A stretch of DNA of 64,000 nucleotides from an uncultured bacterium. Lineage in GTDB: Bacteria; Babelota; Babeliae; Babelales; Babelaceae. Within the stretch, counting starts at the first letter, position 1. Each line of letters starts with the position of its first letter. The DNA is taken from contig OY970209.1 of the NCBI GenBank assembly GCA_963713855.1, positions 1,120,001 to 1,184,000 of the forward strand, read 5' to 3'. The notes under the pieces were generated by a model that had not been told where the DNA came from, did no database searches, and saw only the letters and a program-made list of their open reading frames with translations. The position numbers were made by a program, and so were the translations under genes. Positions 32,534 to 42,828 of this stretch are shown here, piece after piece.

Positions 32534-32875
32534 TTAAGTTCCTTTAAGATTTCGTGCTATTTGTGTCAATAATTTTTTTTCTGTTGGCGTAATGTTTTCT
32601 TGTTCATTTTTTGAATGCGCTAACAATTGAATGATGATTTTATCACCAGCATCATCGTAATAATATATTCTGAATCCGACACTTTTTCACTTAAAGGGAG
32701 CTTTTAATCTTGTTTTCCTAATGCCGCCGGTACCTATAATAAGGTCACCTCCTGCTGGATTTTTAGCAAGATAATCTTTGAAGTTTTCAAAATCTTTACT
32801 TAATAGTTTTCTCTTTTCAATAAGACCGTCTATTATTTTCATGAATTCCCTGGTTTCAACCACCGATCTTTTCAT
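32534..32875 (-). pseudogene. RelE/HigB-type toxin with a nonsense mutation
   Basis: VETREF...NPAGGDLIIGTGGIRKTRL...K*KSVGFRIYYY...SKNEQENITPTEKK. TGA at 32687-32689 replaces the Gly of the GKSGG motif; the frame continues to TAA at 32534. Confidence 0.8.
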
Positions 32876-33088
32876 CTAGCAAGTCTTTCTTATAAGGTGT
32901 CGAGACATCACCGATTAAGACCCTCCTGTAACATTAAATTGGTGTATGTAAGTACTAACACGTAAAAGCAAAAAGAATGAAGAACAATGGTAGTCAGCGG
33001 CGGCTTGCTAGTAGTATATAAATGTGTCAAACTGCTCAAGAATAAGAATTCCATTTTAATTAAACTAATGATTAGTAGGCGAGGAAGC

Positions 33089-33973
33089 ATGAAAATTCCA
33101 TTTAATTTCCTTTTTCTAGGCTTTCTAGTTATAACAAGTGACTTTGTTTTGGCAAGAAAGCTCTTAAGCATGGAAGAGCGGCCAATACTACCTCCCGTTT
33201 TGATTAGGTTAGCAAAATGTGTCGAAAATGCAGACGTTAACGCGCTTATTGATAAAAAGAAGATACAGGATTGCTCGCTGATGCATCGTGCTGTACAACA
33301 TGCTGCATGCCTTATCGAAGCTCACGAGAGAGTTCAGGCAAATGCCAGCATTAAAAAAGCTTTAGAGCTATTAATCCAAAACGGCATTAACCCGAATACT
33401 GTTAGAACAGTTGGCAATAATGGACTACTTCATGCAGCGGTAATGTATAACATCAGAAATACGGAGCTTATACAAATGCTTATTGATGCCGGAGTTGACC
33501 CTCATCAGCAAAATAACCATGGCTCAAGCCCCATCGATAAAGTTAGTAATGATCTAGTCAAAATGCTTCTTGAGGCGGGCGTAGATCCAAATCATCAAAA
33601 CAGGCAAGAAGTTACTCCCCTTGATGGAATCACTCACAGTAATGATCGCCATTTTATTTCCGTTCCTAGGGAATACGAACCACTGGATCGGGAACAAAGA
33701 AGAAAGGCTTGCTTGTCTTCTACTCAGCGCCCATTCCAACGCTCGAAGGACAGGCCAGAGAGTGAAAAAGAACCTGAGAATAAAAAACGCAAGCAGAAGA
33801 GCAAGAAAGCCAGCGCTGAAAGAAGAGTTCGTATTCGTGCTCAAGTTCAGCCATTACCGGCACCGGAAGGGCAGTCGGCTACGCCTGTTACATCGGAGTT
33901 AAGCAAAATGGCAATCGGCTTTATCTTGCAAAATAAAATGGACGTCGGTTACATCAGTCCAGCGTTCAAATGA
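33089..33973 (+). CDS. Secreted ankyrin repeat protein with basic NLS-like tail
   Basis: GAGGA SD before ATG 33089; signal peptide; ankyrin-like LLHAAV and GVDPNHQN; KKRKQKSKK. Confidence 0.8.
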   Translation: MKIPFNFLFLGFLVITSDFVLARKLLSMEERPILPPVLIRLAKCVENADVNALIDKKKIQDCSLMHRAVQHAACLIEAHERVQANASIKKALELLIQNGINPNTVRTVGNNGLLHAAVMYNIRNTELIQMLIDAGVDPHQQNNHGSSPIDKVSNDLVKMLLEAGVDPNHQNRQEVTPLDGITHSNDRHFISVPREYEPLDREQRRKACLSSTQRPFQRSKDRPESEKEPENKKRKQKSKKASAERRVRIRAQVQPLPAPEGQSATPVTSELSKMAIGFILQNKMDVGYISPAFK

Positions 33974-34060
33974 ATAGAGGAAAGAAGATTTGAGCTTATT
34001 TCACATTTTGAAAATGGCATCAATGAGATGCGCCGCAGATTGCCAGTGCCAATACACCCC

Positions 34061-34320
34061 TCACTTCTTTTTTGATCTTCTGCGCCTACAGAAGATCCCT
34101 TCCTGCACCTGAAATATGGTTATATCGCTGAAATTACTGTTCGCGGTTGCTACAAATATCACCGGTAGAGATCGGTAAAAAACTATCGAGTTGGGCACAC
34201 TAGACTCGGGAGGTAATTGCCGAGTTGATATGCTCTTTAATACTCCATTAGTAGCATTAAAGAGAGTTACATCATTTGAAAGAGCATTCGCATTTACAAG
34301 ATAAGAGCCATTAAGCAACA
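34061..34320 (-). pseudogene. Internal beta-propeller gene fragment of the 8911/18838 subtype
   Basis: NGSYLVNANALSNDVTLFNATNGVLKSIS...IFVATANSN closely matches the 18838 protein; no leader or tail. Confidence 0.8.
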
Positions 34321-34460
34321 AGTGAGATCTCGCCTCACCTGGAAAATAAAAAATGCCATTCGATCCATCCAAGATAGCTCAAAATTTAGATAAGATGGTT
34401 CTTTGTCTGGAGGGAACATTTGCCTGCAAAGTGAAGAGCGATACTGCTTACTCGTTATTT

Positions 34461-37400
34461 TTAAAGGCTGACAGAGTCAAGCGATGTGCGGTGTTTATGA
34501 AGCCAATATTTATAGATTGCAAATGCCCCCACTGCGCTTACCACGCCCAGGACGCCAAGAGTCAGCGGAATCCCCACGGTCGTACCAATAATAACTCCCA
34601 AAGGTGCGCTACTACCTCCATCTCCCATTGATGACCCGTCGCCCGCGGTGCTGCTTGAACCATCTCCAGCGCCAAAGAGGTTGCCAATTGACACGTCATT
34701 TGAAAGAAAATTTGCTGTTGCTAGGTAGGTATTGTTTGTTATATTAGAAACTGGCGCAAAATTAATCGAGACGCAATGCAACGAATTGTTAGGCAGATGA
34801 TAAGAGGCGCCATTTGCCAGAACAACTTGATTGAGTGCAAAGAGAGTAAAAGTACTTGAATCACTATTAGCGGTGGCTAAAAATGCTTCGTTGGGCGAAA
34901 CGGCGATCGATTGGGGATTGCTATCCGCTGCAGGTAGAGGATAAGATTGCACAGCACTGAGAGATCCAGCTTGTAGCTTGAATACCGAAACATCGTTCGT
35001 GTTACCATTGGCAGTATAAATGACGTAGTTATTGCTAATCGGCGTCAAGAATACAATTGCTTGAGGACCTGTCGATCCTGTTGGAAGCGGCTGAGAAATA
35101 CCGTTGGTAAGGGCACCAGCTTGTACCCGAAAGAGAGTGATGTCATTTGAGCCATAATTAGCCGTGGCAAGATATGCACCGTCCGGAGCAAATGCAAGCG
35201 CTGCGGGAAGCGTAGATCCTCCGGGTAAAGCATAATTGGTTGATCCGCCCAGAGCCCCACCACTGAAGCCAAAAATGCTTACATCATTTGAGCCGCTATT
35301 GGCAACTGCAAGATAGAGATCATTTGGAGAAAATTGTAATGACGTAGGTCGAGTCGATCCTGAAGGAAGCGCATATGAAGTAGGATTCGTCAATAGCCCA
35401 CCGGTAAGCGCAAAAACGGTTACATCATTCGAATTCTGATTGCACGTGGCAACGTACAAGTTATTTGTAGAAAAAGCTATTGAGGTCGGATAAGAAAGCG
35501 GTCCTGAACTATAAGGAAGTGGGTACGATCTTCCTGCTGCTAAGGTGAGCGTGTTGTTGGCGTTAATATTGACATCGAAAAGAGATACGTCGTTGGAAGC
35601 ATAATTTGCTGTTCCCAAATAAAGGGAATTGGGGGAAAAAGCAATAGCATTAGGCTGACGCGAGCTGACAGACAATGGTGGTAAAAGATATGATTTTGCC
35701 TGACTCAGAACGCCCGCTGCTAGAGAGAAAACAATAATATCTAATGAAGCATCGCTGACTACAGCACAATACAAACCATTAGGAGAAACCGCGACCGAGT
35801 TAGAGCCTGAAGGTAAAGAATATGAAGTAGGATTGCTCAAAACCCCAGCCCCTACGCTAAACACGGTCACGTTAAATGAAGAATAGTTTGCGGTAATAAG
35901 ATAAGCACTATCAGTGGTAAATGTGAGAGAAATAGCGCCCACAGCCCCAGATGGAAGAGCGTACGACGTTCCGCTGCTTAAAGTTCCACCAGATCCAACA
36001 GTAAACAGAGTTACATTGCTTGATCCGTAATTGGCGGTAGCAAGATACGACCCATTGGGTGAAAATGCGACGGCATAAGGCGTGTCTGTGCCGGTTGGCA
36101 TCGGATAAGAGACACCATTGCTCAGGACGCCGCCAGATCCCACAGTAAACATGGTTACAGCACCGGAAGTATCAGCCACTGCAAGGTATGAACCATTAGG
36201 TGAAAATGCGACCGACCAGCCTCCACCAGAGTCTGGAAGTACATAAGAAGTTTCTCCGCTCAAGACGCCACCGGCACCTACCTGAAACATAGTAACTGCT
36301 GCCTGTGGTGCTATGCTGCCAGCTGCAAGATACAAGCCATTAGGTGAAAATGCAACTGATAATGTCTCTGTAGCATTTGTAGGAAGCGGGTAGGATGTAG
36401 CCCCACTTAAAAGACCTCCCGCCCCAACTTGAAATACCACAACTTCATTTGCAATATCTGCAGCAACCGCAAGATATGAGTTGTTGGGTGAAAATGCCAC
36501 AGAGGAAGCTGAGGTAGCCCCGGATAAGTCTTGAGTAGAAGCGCCACCACTCAATACTCCAGCCGCCACATTGAAGAGGGTAACGTTTTTTGTATGATAA
36601 TTAGCTGTTGCAAGATACGAACCGTTAGAGCTAAAAGAAACTGAGTACGGACCAAGTGATCCTGAAGGAAGATTGTACGACGCGCTCGAACTTAATGCTC
36701 CTCCTGAACCGACGTTAAAAATCGTTATGCTGCTTGAGTTTCCCGAATTACTACTGGCATTAGCAGAAGCAAAGTATGAACCATCTGGTGAAAATGTTCC
36801 AGCCAGAGGTACCGTATTGCCTGCGGGCAATGCATAAGACGTCCCTCCCGTAAGAGTGCCACCGGGCTGCACAGTAAACACTGTTACATCGCTTGAAGTA
36901 AAATTAGTGGTTACAAGGTAGTTATTATTAGGAGAAAATGAGACTGAACTCGGCGCCTGGGAACCCGTGGGTAGCGAATATGACGTACCTGCACTAAGGG
37001 TTTCTCCGGCACCAACTTTAAAAATACTTACATTATTAGAACCCGAATTGGAAGTAGCGAGATATGAGCCATTTGGTGAAAATGCAAGTGATAGAGGGCC
37101 GCCAGTACCTGAAGGTAAGGCATAGTTGGTTCCGCTACTTAAGACTCCTCCTGCTCCGACATTAAAAATAGTAATGTAGCCTGTGGCGACCGCAAGATAC
37201 TTACCGTCGGGCGAAAATGCTATTGCATCGGCAAGATAAGCACCTGAAGGCAGCGGATAGGAAATTCCGGCACCCAAGACACCACCCTGTACAGTAAATA
37301 TAGTAACATCGCTTGAATCACCCGTAGCAAGGTAGGACCCATCAGGCGAAATTGCAATGCAATTAGGAGGGGTTGCAGTTACAGGCAATAAATAGGAAGC

Positions 37401-37772
37401 TAACTCAGTCAAACCAGTCCCCGACACGCTAAATACTGAAACATCTCTGGTAACAGTGTGTACCGTAAAATAATATGCGCCGTCCGGTGAAAAAACCCCC
37501 TGGAGTGGCACCGTTGGGCTGGGAGGTAACGCGTAAGAAAACCCGCTGGTTAACGACCCTTGTGCTGATACGGTAAAAATTGACACACTGTTTCCGTTAG
37601 CAGTTGCAAAATAGGAACCGTTAGGTGAAAAAACTCCATCCTGCGGATTGCGGGCAACTCCTGGCAACGCATAACTGACTTCGGTCAAAGCATGCAAACG
37701 TAAACTAACAAGAGAAACGAGAACTATACCCAATACAGATAAACATTTCAGATCAATTTTTTTTGCTATCAT
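34461..37772 (-). CDS. Membrane-anchored beta-propeller repeat protein, 21 blades
   Basis: Colinear paralog of 2841..6173 (ALTEVSYALPGVA... and the same KHRTSLDSVSL end). Confidence 0.9.
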   Translation of the reverse strand: MIAKKIDLKCLSVLGIVLVSLVSLRLHALTEVSYALPGVARNPQDGVFSPNGSYFATANGNSVSIFTVSAQGSLTSGFSYALPPSPTVPLQGVFSPDGAYYFTVHTVTRDVSVFSVSGTGLTELASYLLPVTATPPNCIAISPDGSYLATGDSSDVTIFTVQGGVLGAGISYPLPSGAYLADAIAFSPDGKYLAVATGYITIFNVGAGGVLSSGTNYALPSGTGGPLSLAFSPNGSYLATSNSGSNNVSIFKVGAGETLSAGTSYSLPTGSQAPSSVSFSPNNNYLVTTNFTSSDVTVFTVQPGGTLTGGTSYALPAGNTVPLAGTFSPDGSYFASANASSNSGNSSSITIFNVGSGGALSSSASYNLPSGSLGPYSVSFSSNGSYLATANYHTKNVTLFNVAAGVLSGGASTQDLSGATSASSVAFSPNNSYLAVAADIANEVVVFQVGAGGLLSGATSYPLPTNATETLSVAFSPNGLYLAAGSIAPQAAVTMFQVGAGGVLSGETSYVLPDSGGGWSVAFSPNGSYLAVADTSGAVTMFTVGSGGVLSNGVSYPMPTGTDTPYAVAFSPNGSYLATANYGSSNVTLFTVGSGGTLSSGTSYALPSGAVGAISLTFTTDSAYLITANYSSFNVTVFSVGAGVLSNPTSYSLPSGSNSVAVSPNGLYCAVVSDASLDIIVFSLAAGVLSQAKSYLLPPLSVSSRQPNAIAFSPNSLYLGTANYASNDVSLFDVNINANNTLTLAAGRSYPLPYSSGPLSYPTSIAFSTNNLYVATCNQNSNDVTVFALTGGLLTNPTSYALPSGSTRPTSLQFSPNDLYLAVANSGSNDVSIFGFSGGALGGSTNYALPGGSTLPAALAFAPDGAYLATANYGSNDITLFRVQAGALTNGISQPLPTGSTGPQAIVFLTPISNNYVIYTANGNTNDVSVFKLQAGSLSAVQSYPLPAADSNPQSIAVSPNEAFLATANSDSSTFTLFALNQVVLANGASYHLPNNSLHCVSINFAPVSNITNNTYLATANFLSNDVSIGNLFGAGDGSSSTAGDGSSMGDGGSSAPLGVIIGTTVGIPLTLGVLGVVSAVGAFAIYKYWLHKHRTSLDSVSL

Positions 37773-38019
37773 AACGAAACCCCTTTTTGGACCAATCTAT
37801 TACGCACTTAATTGAATAAATTGCTGTACTGTTCGTGATTCCTAATTGCTCTATTACTCATTAAATAATAGAAGGAAGCTCTTTTTACCTGCTTAAGCTT
37901 ATCATGCTTTCTCATTTTTGCAACAAGCGTATCAGGAAATATTCAAAGTGCGCTACAGGGAGTTCTTAACGCTTAAGATACAAACATCCCCCAAGCAGGA
38001 ACAATTGTTAGGATATTTC

Positions 38020-38049
38020 TTGATATATTATAACATGTTATGATATAAT
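38020..38049 (+). promoter_or_regulatory. vapBC promoter with operator palindrome
   Basis: TTGATA-18-TATAAT. A 24-bp palindrome at 38024-38047 (perfect core ATAACATGTTAT, one mismatched pair) spans the spacer. Confidence 0.7.
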
Positions 38050-38083
38050 ACTAATCGGAAACACCTGTCAGTAAGGGAAAATT

Positions 38084-38320
38084 ATGAATATCTCAATTTA
38101 TGTAAATAAAGAACTTGCTAAAAAAATTACTGATCTCTCAAGGACACTCAAGCGAACGAGAAATTCTGTCATTAATGAGGCTCTTGAAAATTGGGTCAAA
38201 AAACAAAATAAATCAGAATGGCCAAAACACTTTTTTGAATTTGAAGCTCTATCTGATTTTCCTAGTTCAAAGGAATTAAGAAAAGGTTTAAAAATAACTA
38301 AAAAGGACCCGCTTGCATGA
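38084..38320 (+). CDS. vapB: CopG/ribbon-helix-helix antitoxin (VapB-like)
   Basis: MNISIYVNKELAKKITDLSRTLKRTRNSVINEAL RHH pattern; ATGA overlap with the PIN gene. Confidence 0.8.
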   Translation: MNISIYVNKELAKKITDLSRTLKRTRNSVINEALENWVKKQNKSEWPKHFFEFEALSDFPSSKELRKGLKITKKDPLA

Positions 38321-38715
38321 AGTATCTTCTTGATACGTGTACGATATCAGATCTCTTTAAAAAGCATCACGCAACGCTTGAACGTTTTAAGCGAGTTGTA
38401 CCTGCAGACCTGTCTATATCCTCAATTACTATTATGGAAATCGAGTATGGCCTGAAGCTCAATGCTGCACGGGAAGAAAAAATTCGTATACTCTGGCAAG
38501 ACTTTCTCAACGAGATTGATATTTTACCTTTCGATAATGATGAAGCCGTTTGTACAGGGTTTCTAAGAGTTCACCTCAAAAACCAAATGATTGGAGCCTA
38601 CGATTGTATGATTGCTGGAACCGCTTTAGTACATGGGCTTTGTGTCGTCACCTCAAATGTACGTGAGTTCTCGCGACTCAGCGATCTAATCAAGTTAGAA
38701 AATTGGCGTTCATAA
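38317..38715 (+). CDS. vapC: PIN-domain toxin VapC
   Basis: YLLDT, ISSITIMEIEYG, IGAYDCMIAGTAL and VVTSNVREF motifs. Confidence 0.92.
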   Translation: MKYLLDTCTISDLFKKHHATLERFKRVVPADLSISSITIMEIEYGLKLNAAREEKIRILWQDFLNEIDILPFDNDEAVCTGFLRVHLKNQMIGAYDCMIAGTALVHGLCVVTSNVREFSRLSDLIKLENWRS

Positions 38716-38826
38716 CCTCCATCGCGATTCAACTTTACGCAAACCTTGCATCTTCTAAAATAATACTAAAATATAATATTTTATGATATAATAATAGTAA
38801 CTATCATAGTAATAAGGGATTTTATT

Positions 38827-40090
38827 ATGAGATTACTTGGGATACTACTTGGATTACTCTGTCTATGTACCAACCTCAATAGTTCGGTTATCAATGTTAC
38901 CGTACTCGAAAAAAAGGTGCAGCATAGGCCAGCTCAAAAGGTATATTTCATAAGTAACCGGCACTTGCGTTCTTGGTCTTTGCCTGGGGGCTACAGCCAA
39001 GAGTTCGCCAGATAGCTCATACGTCGCTATAAGCGTGGTTAATAATGTTCCGGATGAGTCGAGTATTAATATGGTAGGGATTGTTTCATTGAGTGGTCAA
39101 GTAGTAGGCACATATTCGATACCGGGCTCATATCCCTTATCAATAGCATTTTCGCCAAATGGCGCATACCTCGCTACCGCTAATTCCGAATCAAATGACG
39201 TAACAATATTTAATGTCGGAGCAAACGGAAACTTAAGCGGTGGCACCAGTTATTCAGTAGGCTCTGGACAACCTCAGTCAATAGCATTTTCACCCGATGG
39301 CAAATATCTTGCCACGGCTAATCTAGGTTCAAATGATGTAACAGTATTTAGTATAGAAACCGGAGGGGTCTTAGGCAATCCTACTTCCTACCAGCTACCC
39401 AACTCTTCAACATCCCCTGTTGCGGTAGCCTTTTCTCCCGATGGTAACTATCTTGCTACTGCTAATCTATTTGGCACCGCCGCGACTGACGGTTTTTCAT
39501 CTTTTTTACCCGATGTTACTTTATTTGCTCTAAATAATGGCGTTTTAAGTAATGGTATTTCGTACTCTTTACCAGCTTCTACCACCCTACCGGTCTGGCC
39601 TAATCCTATACTTTCTTTTACTCCTGATAGCAGAAAGCTCATTATCACAACGCAGGCCTATGCGATAAATAATGGAGTACTGTATAATGGAGGAGCCCTG
39701 TCTTTTGCTGGTCCAATATCCTCTTCCGGAAATGGATATTTTGCTACTGCTGGAAGTGAGACCTTAGTGATATACGAGCTTAATGGCAATGATTTTAGCT
39801 TAGTTGATTCATCTAACATCCCTCCCGCTGCGTTTGGCTTCGCATTTGCGCCAAATAACGCATACGTAGCCTCGATATATAATGGAATACTAGGTCGTTA
39901 TGTTGGACCAGGAAGCATAACGATAACGGAACTCACCTCCTGCAATTCTACTATTTCGGGAGGTTGCTCAACTGGAACAACATCGGGTTTAAGCAGCGCA
40001 TCGAATACAATTTCGGGTTCAAGTTCTTCGGGAAGCTCGACTTGTCAAGGGCTTATAACGAGCGTACTATCATATGTGGGCTCAAAATAG
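38827..40090 (+). pseudogene. Single 7-blade secreted propeller gene split by one frameshift near 38986-39005
   Basis: The signal-peptide ORF 38827..39015 joins, via a 1-nt shift, SPDSSYVAISVVNNVP in the 39035 frame; G5 run at 38986-38990. Confidence 0.75.
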
Positions 40091-40096
40091 AATTTT

Positions 40097-40250
40097 AAAA
40101 AAATCGCAGATGTTGGATTCGTCGATCCATTAGGCAAAGCAAACGATTGGCCATTACCAAGTTGCCCTCCTAACTGCTGGTTGCATTTGTGTTAAAAAGA
40201 GTTACGTCATTCGATTTATAATCGGAGGTTGCAAGATAGGAACCCATAGG
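40097..40250 (-). pseudogene. Beta-propeller blade debris
   Basis: PMGSYLATSDYKSNDVTLFNTN then, shifted, GGQLGNGQSFALPNGSTNPTSAIF. Confidence 0.7.
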
Positions 40251-40374
40251 ACTCTTCACGCAATCGCTTGAGTTTGGAACGTTGACCAAAGAGTAGATTT
40301 TGCGGTGCAGAACCAAAAGGCAAAACAATTATTGTAATTAGTTCCACGGAGCTATGGGCATCTATCGCTGCTTA

Positions 40375-41745
40375 TTAATCGAGAGGCAACTGAGTATCAA
40401 CAATAGTAGAGCTTCTGGCTGCTCGTAGTCTGCTCAGATATTTATAGAGGAAAAATCCGCCGACCGCAGTTGCTACTAATGATGCAAGGCCTGCTGGAAT
40501 ACCAACGGTAGTTCCTAAGATAAGACTAAGAGGTAAATCATCGCTACCTATTTTGGTATCAGAAGTGCTTCCCGTCGTCGTCGAATTATCTCCATCGCCT
40601 TGGCTTGGACAGCTTATTTGAAAAAGTATTATATGACTTTGACCGGAGCATAATGCGGGCCAACAACATTGAGAACTAGTAAAAAAATATAAACTATTAG
40701 GCAAAAATGCGACTGCATCGGGCATGAATGAGCCTTCTGGCAACGGATAAGAGGTTGCTCTCGTCAGTTTTCCTTCATTTTGTACTTCAAAGAGCGTTAC
40801 ATTACTCACACCATGGCCATTGCCCCAAAATCCGTAATTGGCAACAACGAGGTATGAACCGTTCGATGAAAATGCTAATGACCGGGGGATGCGAGAATCA
40901 GAAGGTAATTTGTAGGCAGTCGGTCGGCTCAGGCGCCCCCCTTTTTCTAAGTGAAATAAAGTTACATTACTGGAATTTTGATTTGCTGTAACTAGGTAGT
41001 TTCCATCTGGCGAAATCGCTATAGAACGAGGCGCAACACATCCAGCAGGTAAAGGATACGAAGTGCCCTCGTCCAAGGCGCCATCCTCTCCAACTCTGAA
41101 TAGTACGACATCGTCAAGACCATTGAAATTTGAACGAAAATTAGCAGTGGCAAGGTACTTGCCATCGGGTGAAAATGTCAATACAATATCATTCATAAGC
41201 TGACTTGAACCAGAGGGCAGTTCATACGATCTACCATTGCTCAATATCCCGTCTTGACTTACATCAAATACAGTTACATTTTTTGAATCAATGTTAGCGG
41301 TGGCACACAATGAGCCATTAGGCGAAAATGCTATTGAGTTAGCACCTTGAGAACCCTGAGGTAAAGGATAACGCTTACTTTCGCTTAGCTGGCCGCCTAT
41401 TCCTACAGTAAAGACTGTTACATCACCTGTCGCTAAAGCGAGATATAAACTATTAGATGAAAAAGCTAATCCATGCGCCCCGCCCCCGTCACGGTAAGAC
41501 TTCCATGCGCCAAGTACACCTTGTGCCTCAACCGTTACTACGTTAACATGATCAGGACTTATGACAGCGCAATAATCGCCATTAGGCGAGCAAGCAATAG
41601 CGCCAGAGGGAAGACAGGTGGCTTGAGGCAAAGAATAATTAACGCCCGATACTAATAATGAGGGGCAATCAGCATATATTACTTGGCCCACCGTGAATAG
41701 AGTACATGCCAAGATATAAGAAACAGAACTCATTGAATGGTGCAT
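40375..41745 (-). CDS. Membrane-anchored beta-propeller protein, 7 blades
   Basis: ATG 41745 with AGGGG SD; signal peptide; 7 more charged blades bracketed by Cys; TM LPLSLILGTTVGIP and YKY tail. Confidence 0.88.
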   Translation of the reverse strand: MHHSMSSVSYILACTLFTVGQVIYADCPSLLVSGVNYSLPQATCLPSGAIACSPNGDYCAVISPDHVNVVTVEAQGVLGAWKSYRDGGGAHGLAFSSNSLYLALATGDVTVFTVGIGGQLSESKRYPLPQGSQGANSIAFSPNGSLCATANIDSKNVTVFDVSQDGILSNGRSYELPSGSSQLMNDIVLTFSPDGKYLATANFRSNFNGLDDVVLFRVGEDGALDEGTSYPLPAGCVAPRSIAISPDGNYLVTANQNSSNVTLFHLEKGGRLSRPTAYKLPSDSRIPRSLAFSSNGSYLVVANYGFWGNGHGVSNVTLFEVQNEGKLTRATSYPLPEGSFMPDAVAFLPNSLYFFTSSQCCWPALCSGQSHIILFQISCPSQGDGDNSTTTGSTSDTKIGSDDLPLSLILGTTVGIPAGLASLVATAVGGFFLYKYLSRLRAARSSTIVDTQLPLD

Positions 41746-42072
41746 GGCTACCCCTTTGAATATAGGTTTGCGTGCTTTGCTACTCTGACCTCCGGTTAAA
41801 CATAACATCACCTATTTTTTAATCAAGCTCATCACCGCACTTTCTATATAATGAAAAGATCTCTTAAGAAAGTCCGGCCGGCCAAATTTGAGTAGAAAAG
41901 AGGGCCTCGCATTGCACTGCTCAAAAAAGAGCCGCATGTTGATTTTTTGAGCATTTCTAGTAAATTCAAAATTACCAAATGAATAAAAAAACATAATTAT
42001 GTCTTATTAATAGGCGATTTATGACGTGGAAATTATTTCTATATAAAAAATAGTTCTATTGAGGAAAAAAGT

Positions 42073-42828
42073 ATGAGCATTTATTTTTTATGCGGCATGC
42101 TCATGTTGAGCATCACCTCATTTTCGAGAGGCATGGAAGAGCGGCATCCGATTGAACCTCATGAGGCCATACTCAGCTCTCTGCTCGAAAAAAATCTCGA
42201 CCTTCGTGATGTGTATCAGATACTTCAAAACCGATCCGAACATGCGAATGAATTACTTAAAAGCATTAAGAGGGGAAAAAAATTTCTCATTAGTAGAGCG
42301 CTTTGGTATATTCGTGAACTGAGTGATCCGGATGAGCAAGGCGCAGGAAATAGCTTAATAGCTCGGGCACTGGACCGCATATCGGACCTCAACGATATTG
42401 TTGAAGAAGGCGGATCTACTTTGCTTCATACGGTCGTCAAGAGTAATAGTTCAAATGGAAATCTCGTACGCCTTGTATTGGCAAGAGGCCTTAAGCCTGA
42501 TATCGTTGACAATCAAGGCATGAGCGCAATGGATTATGCAATTAATACCGGTAACATTGGAAGCGTGAGAGCGTTAATCGATTATGACGCAAAGATTACA
42601 TCAAATCACATCTCGAGAGCTAAAAAGATTTTAAGAAGATATACATATTTAGAAGGATGGGTTGAGCCTCAGGCAATTTTGAATTTATTGGAAGAGACTT
42701 TGCGCGCTCAACAAGCCCCTACCGATATACCCGATCGCAGAGAACATTTGACTCTAGCGGAAATACTAAACCCCGGTCCTATCGAGCCAAGTGTCGAAAG
42801 TTTTAAGGTATGGGGCTTTAACATATAG
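42073..42828 (+). CDS. Secreted ankyrin repeat protein
   Basis: GAGGA SD, signal peptide, MEE, GGSTLLHTVV and GMSAMDYAI repeats. Confidence 0.82.
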   Translation: MSIYFLCGMLMLSITSFSRGMEERHPIEPHEAILSSLLEKNLDLRDVYQILQNRSEHANELLKSIKRGKKFLISRALWYIRELSDPDEQGAGNSLIARALDRISDLNDIVEEGGSTLLHTVVKSNSSNGNLVRLVLARGLKPDIVDNQGMSAMDYAINTGNIGSVRALIDYDAKITSNHISRAKKILRRYTYLEGWVEPQAILNLLEETLRAQQAPTDIPDRREHLTLAEILNPGPIEPSVESFKVWGFNI

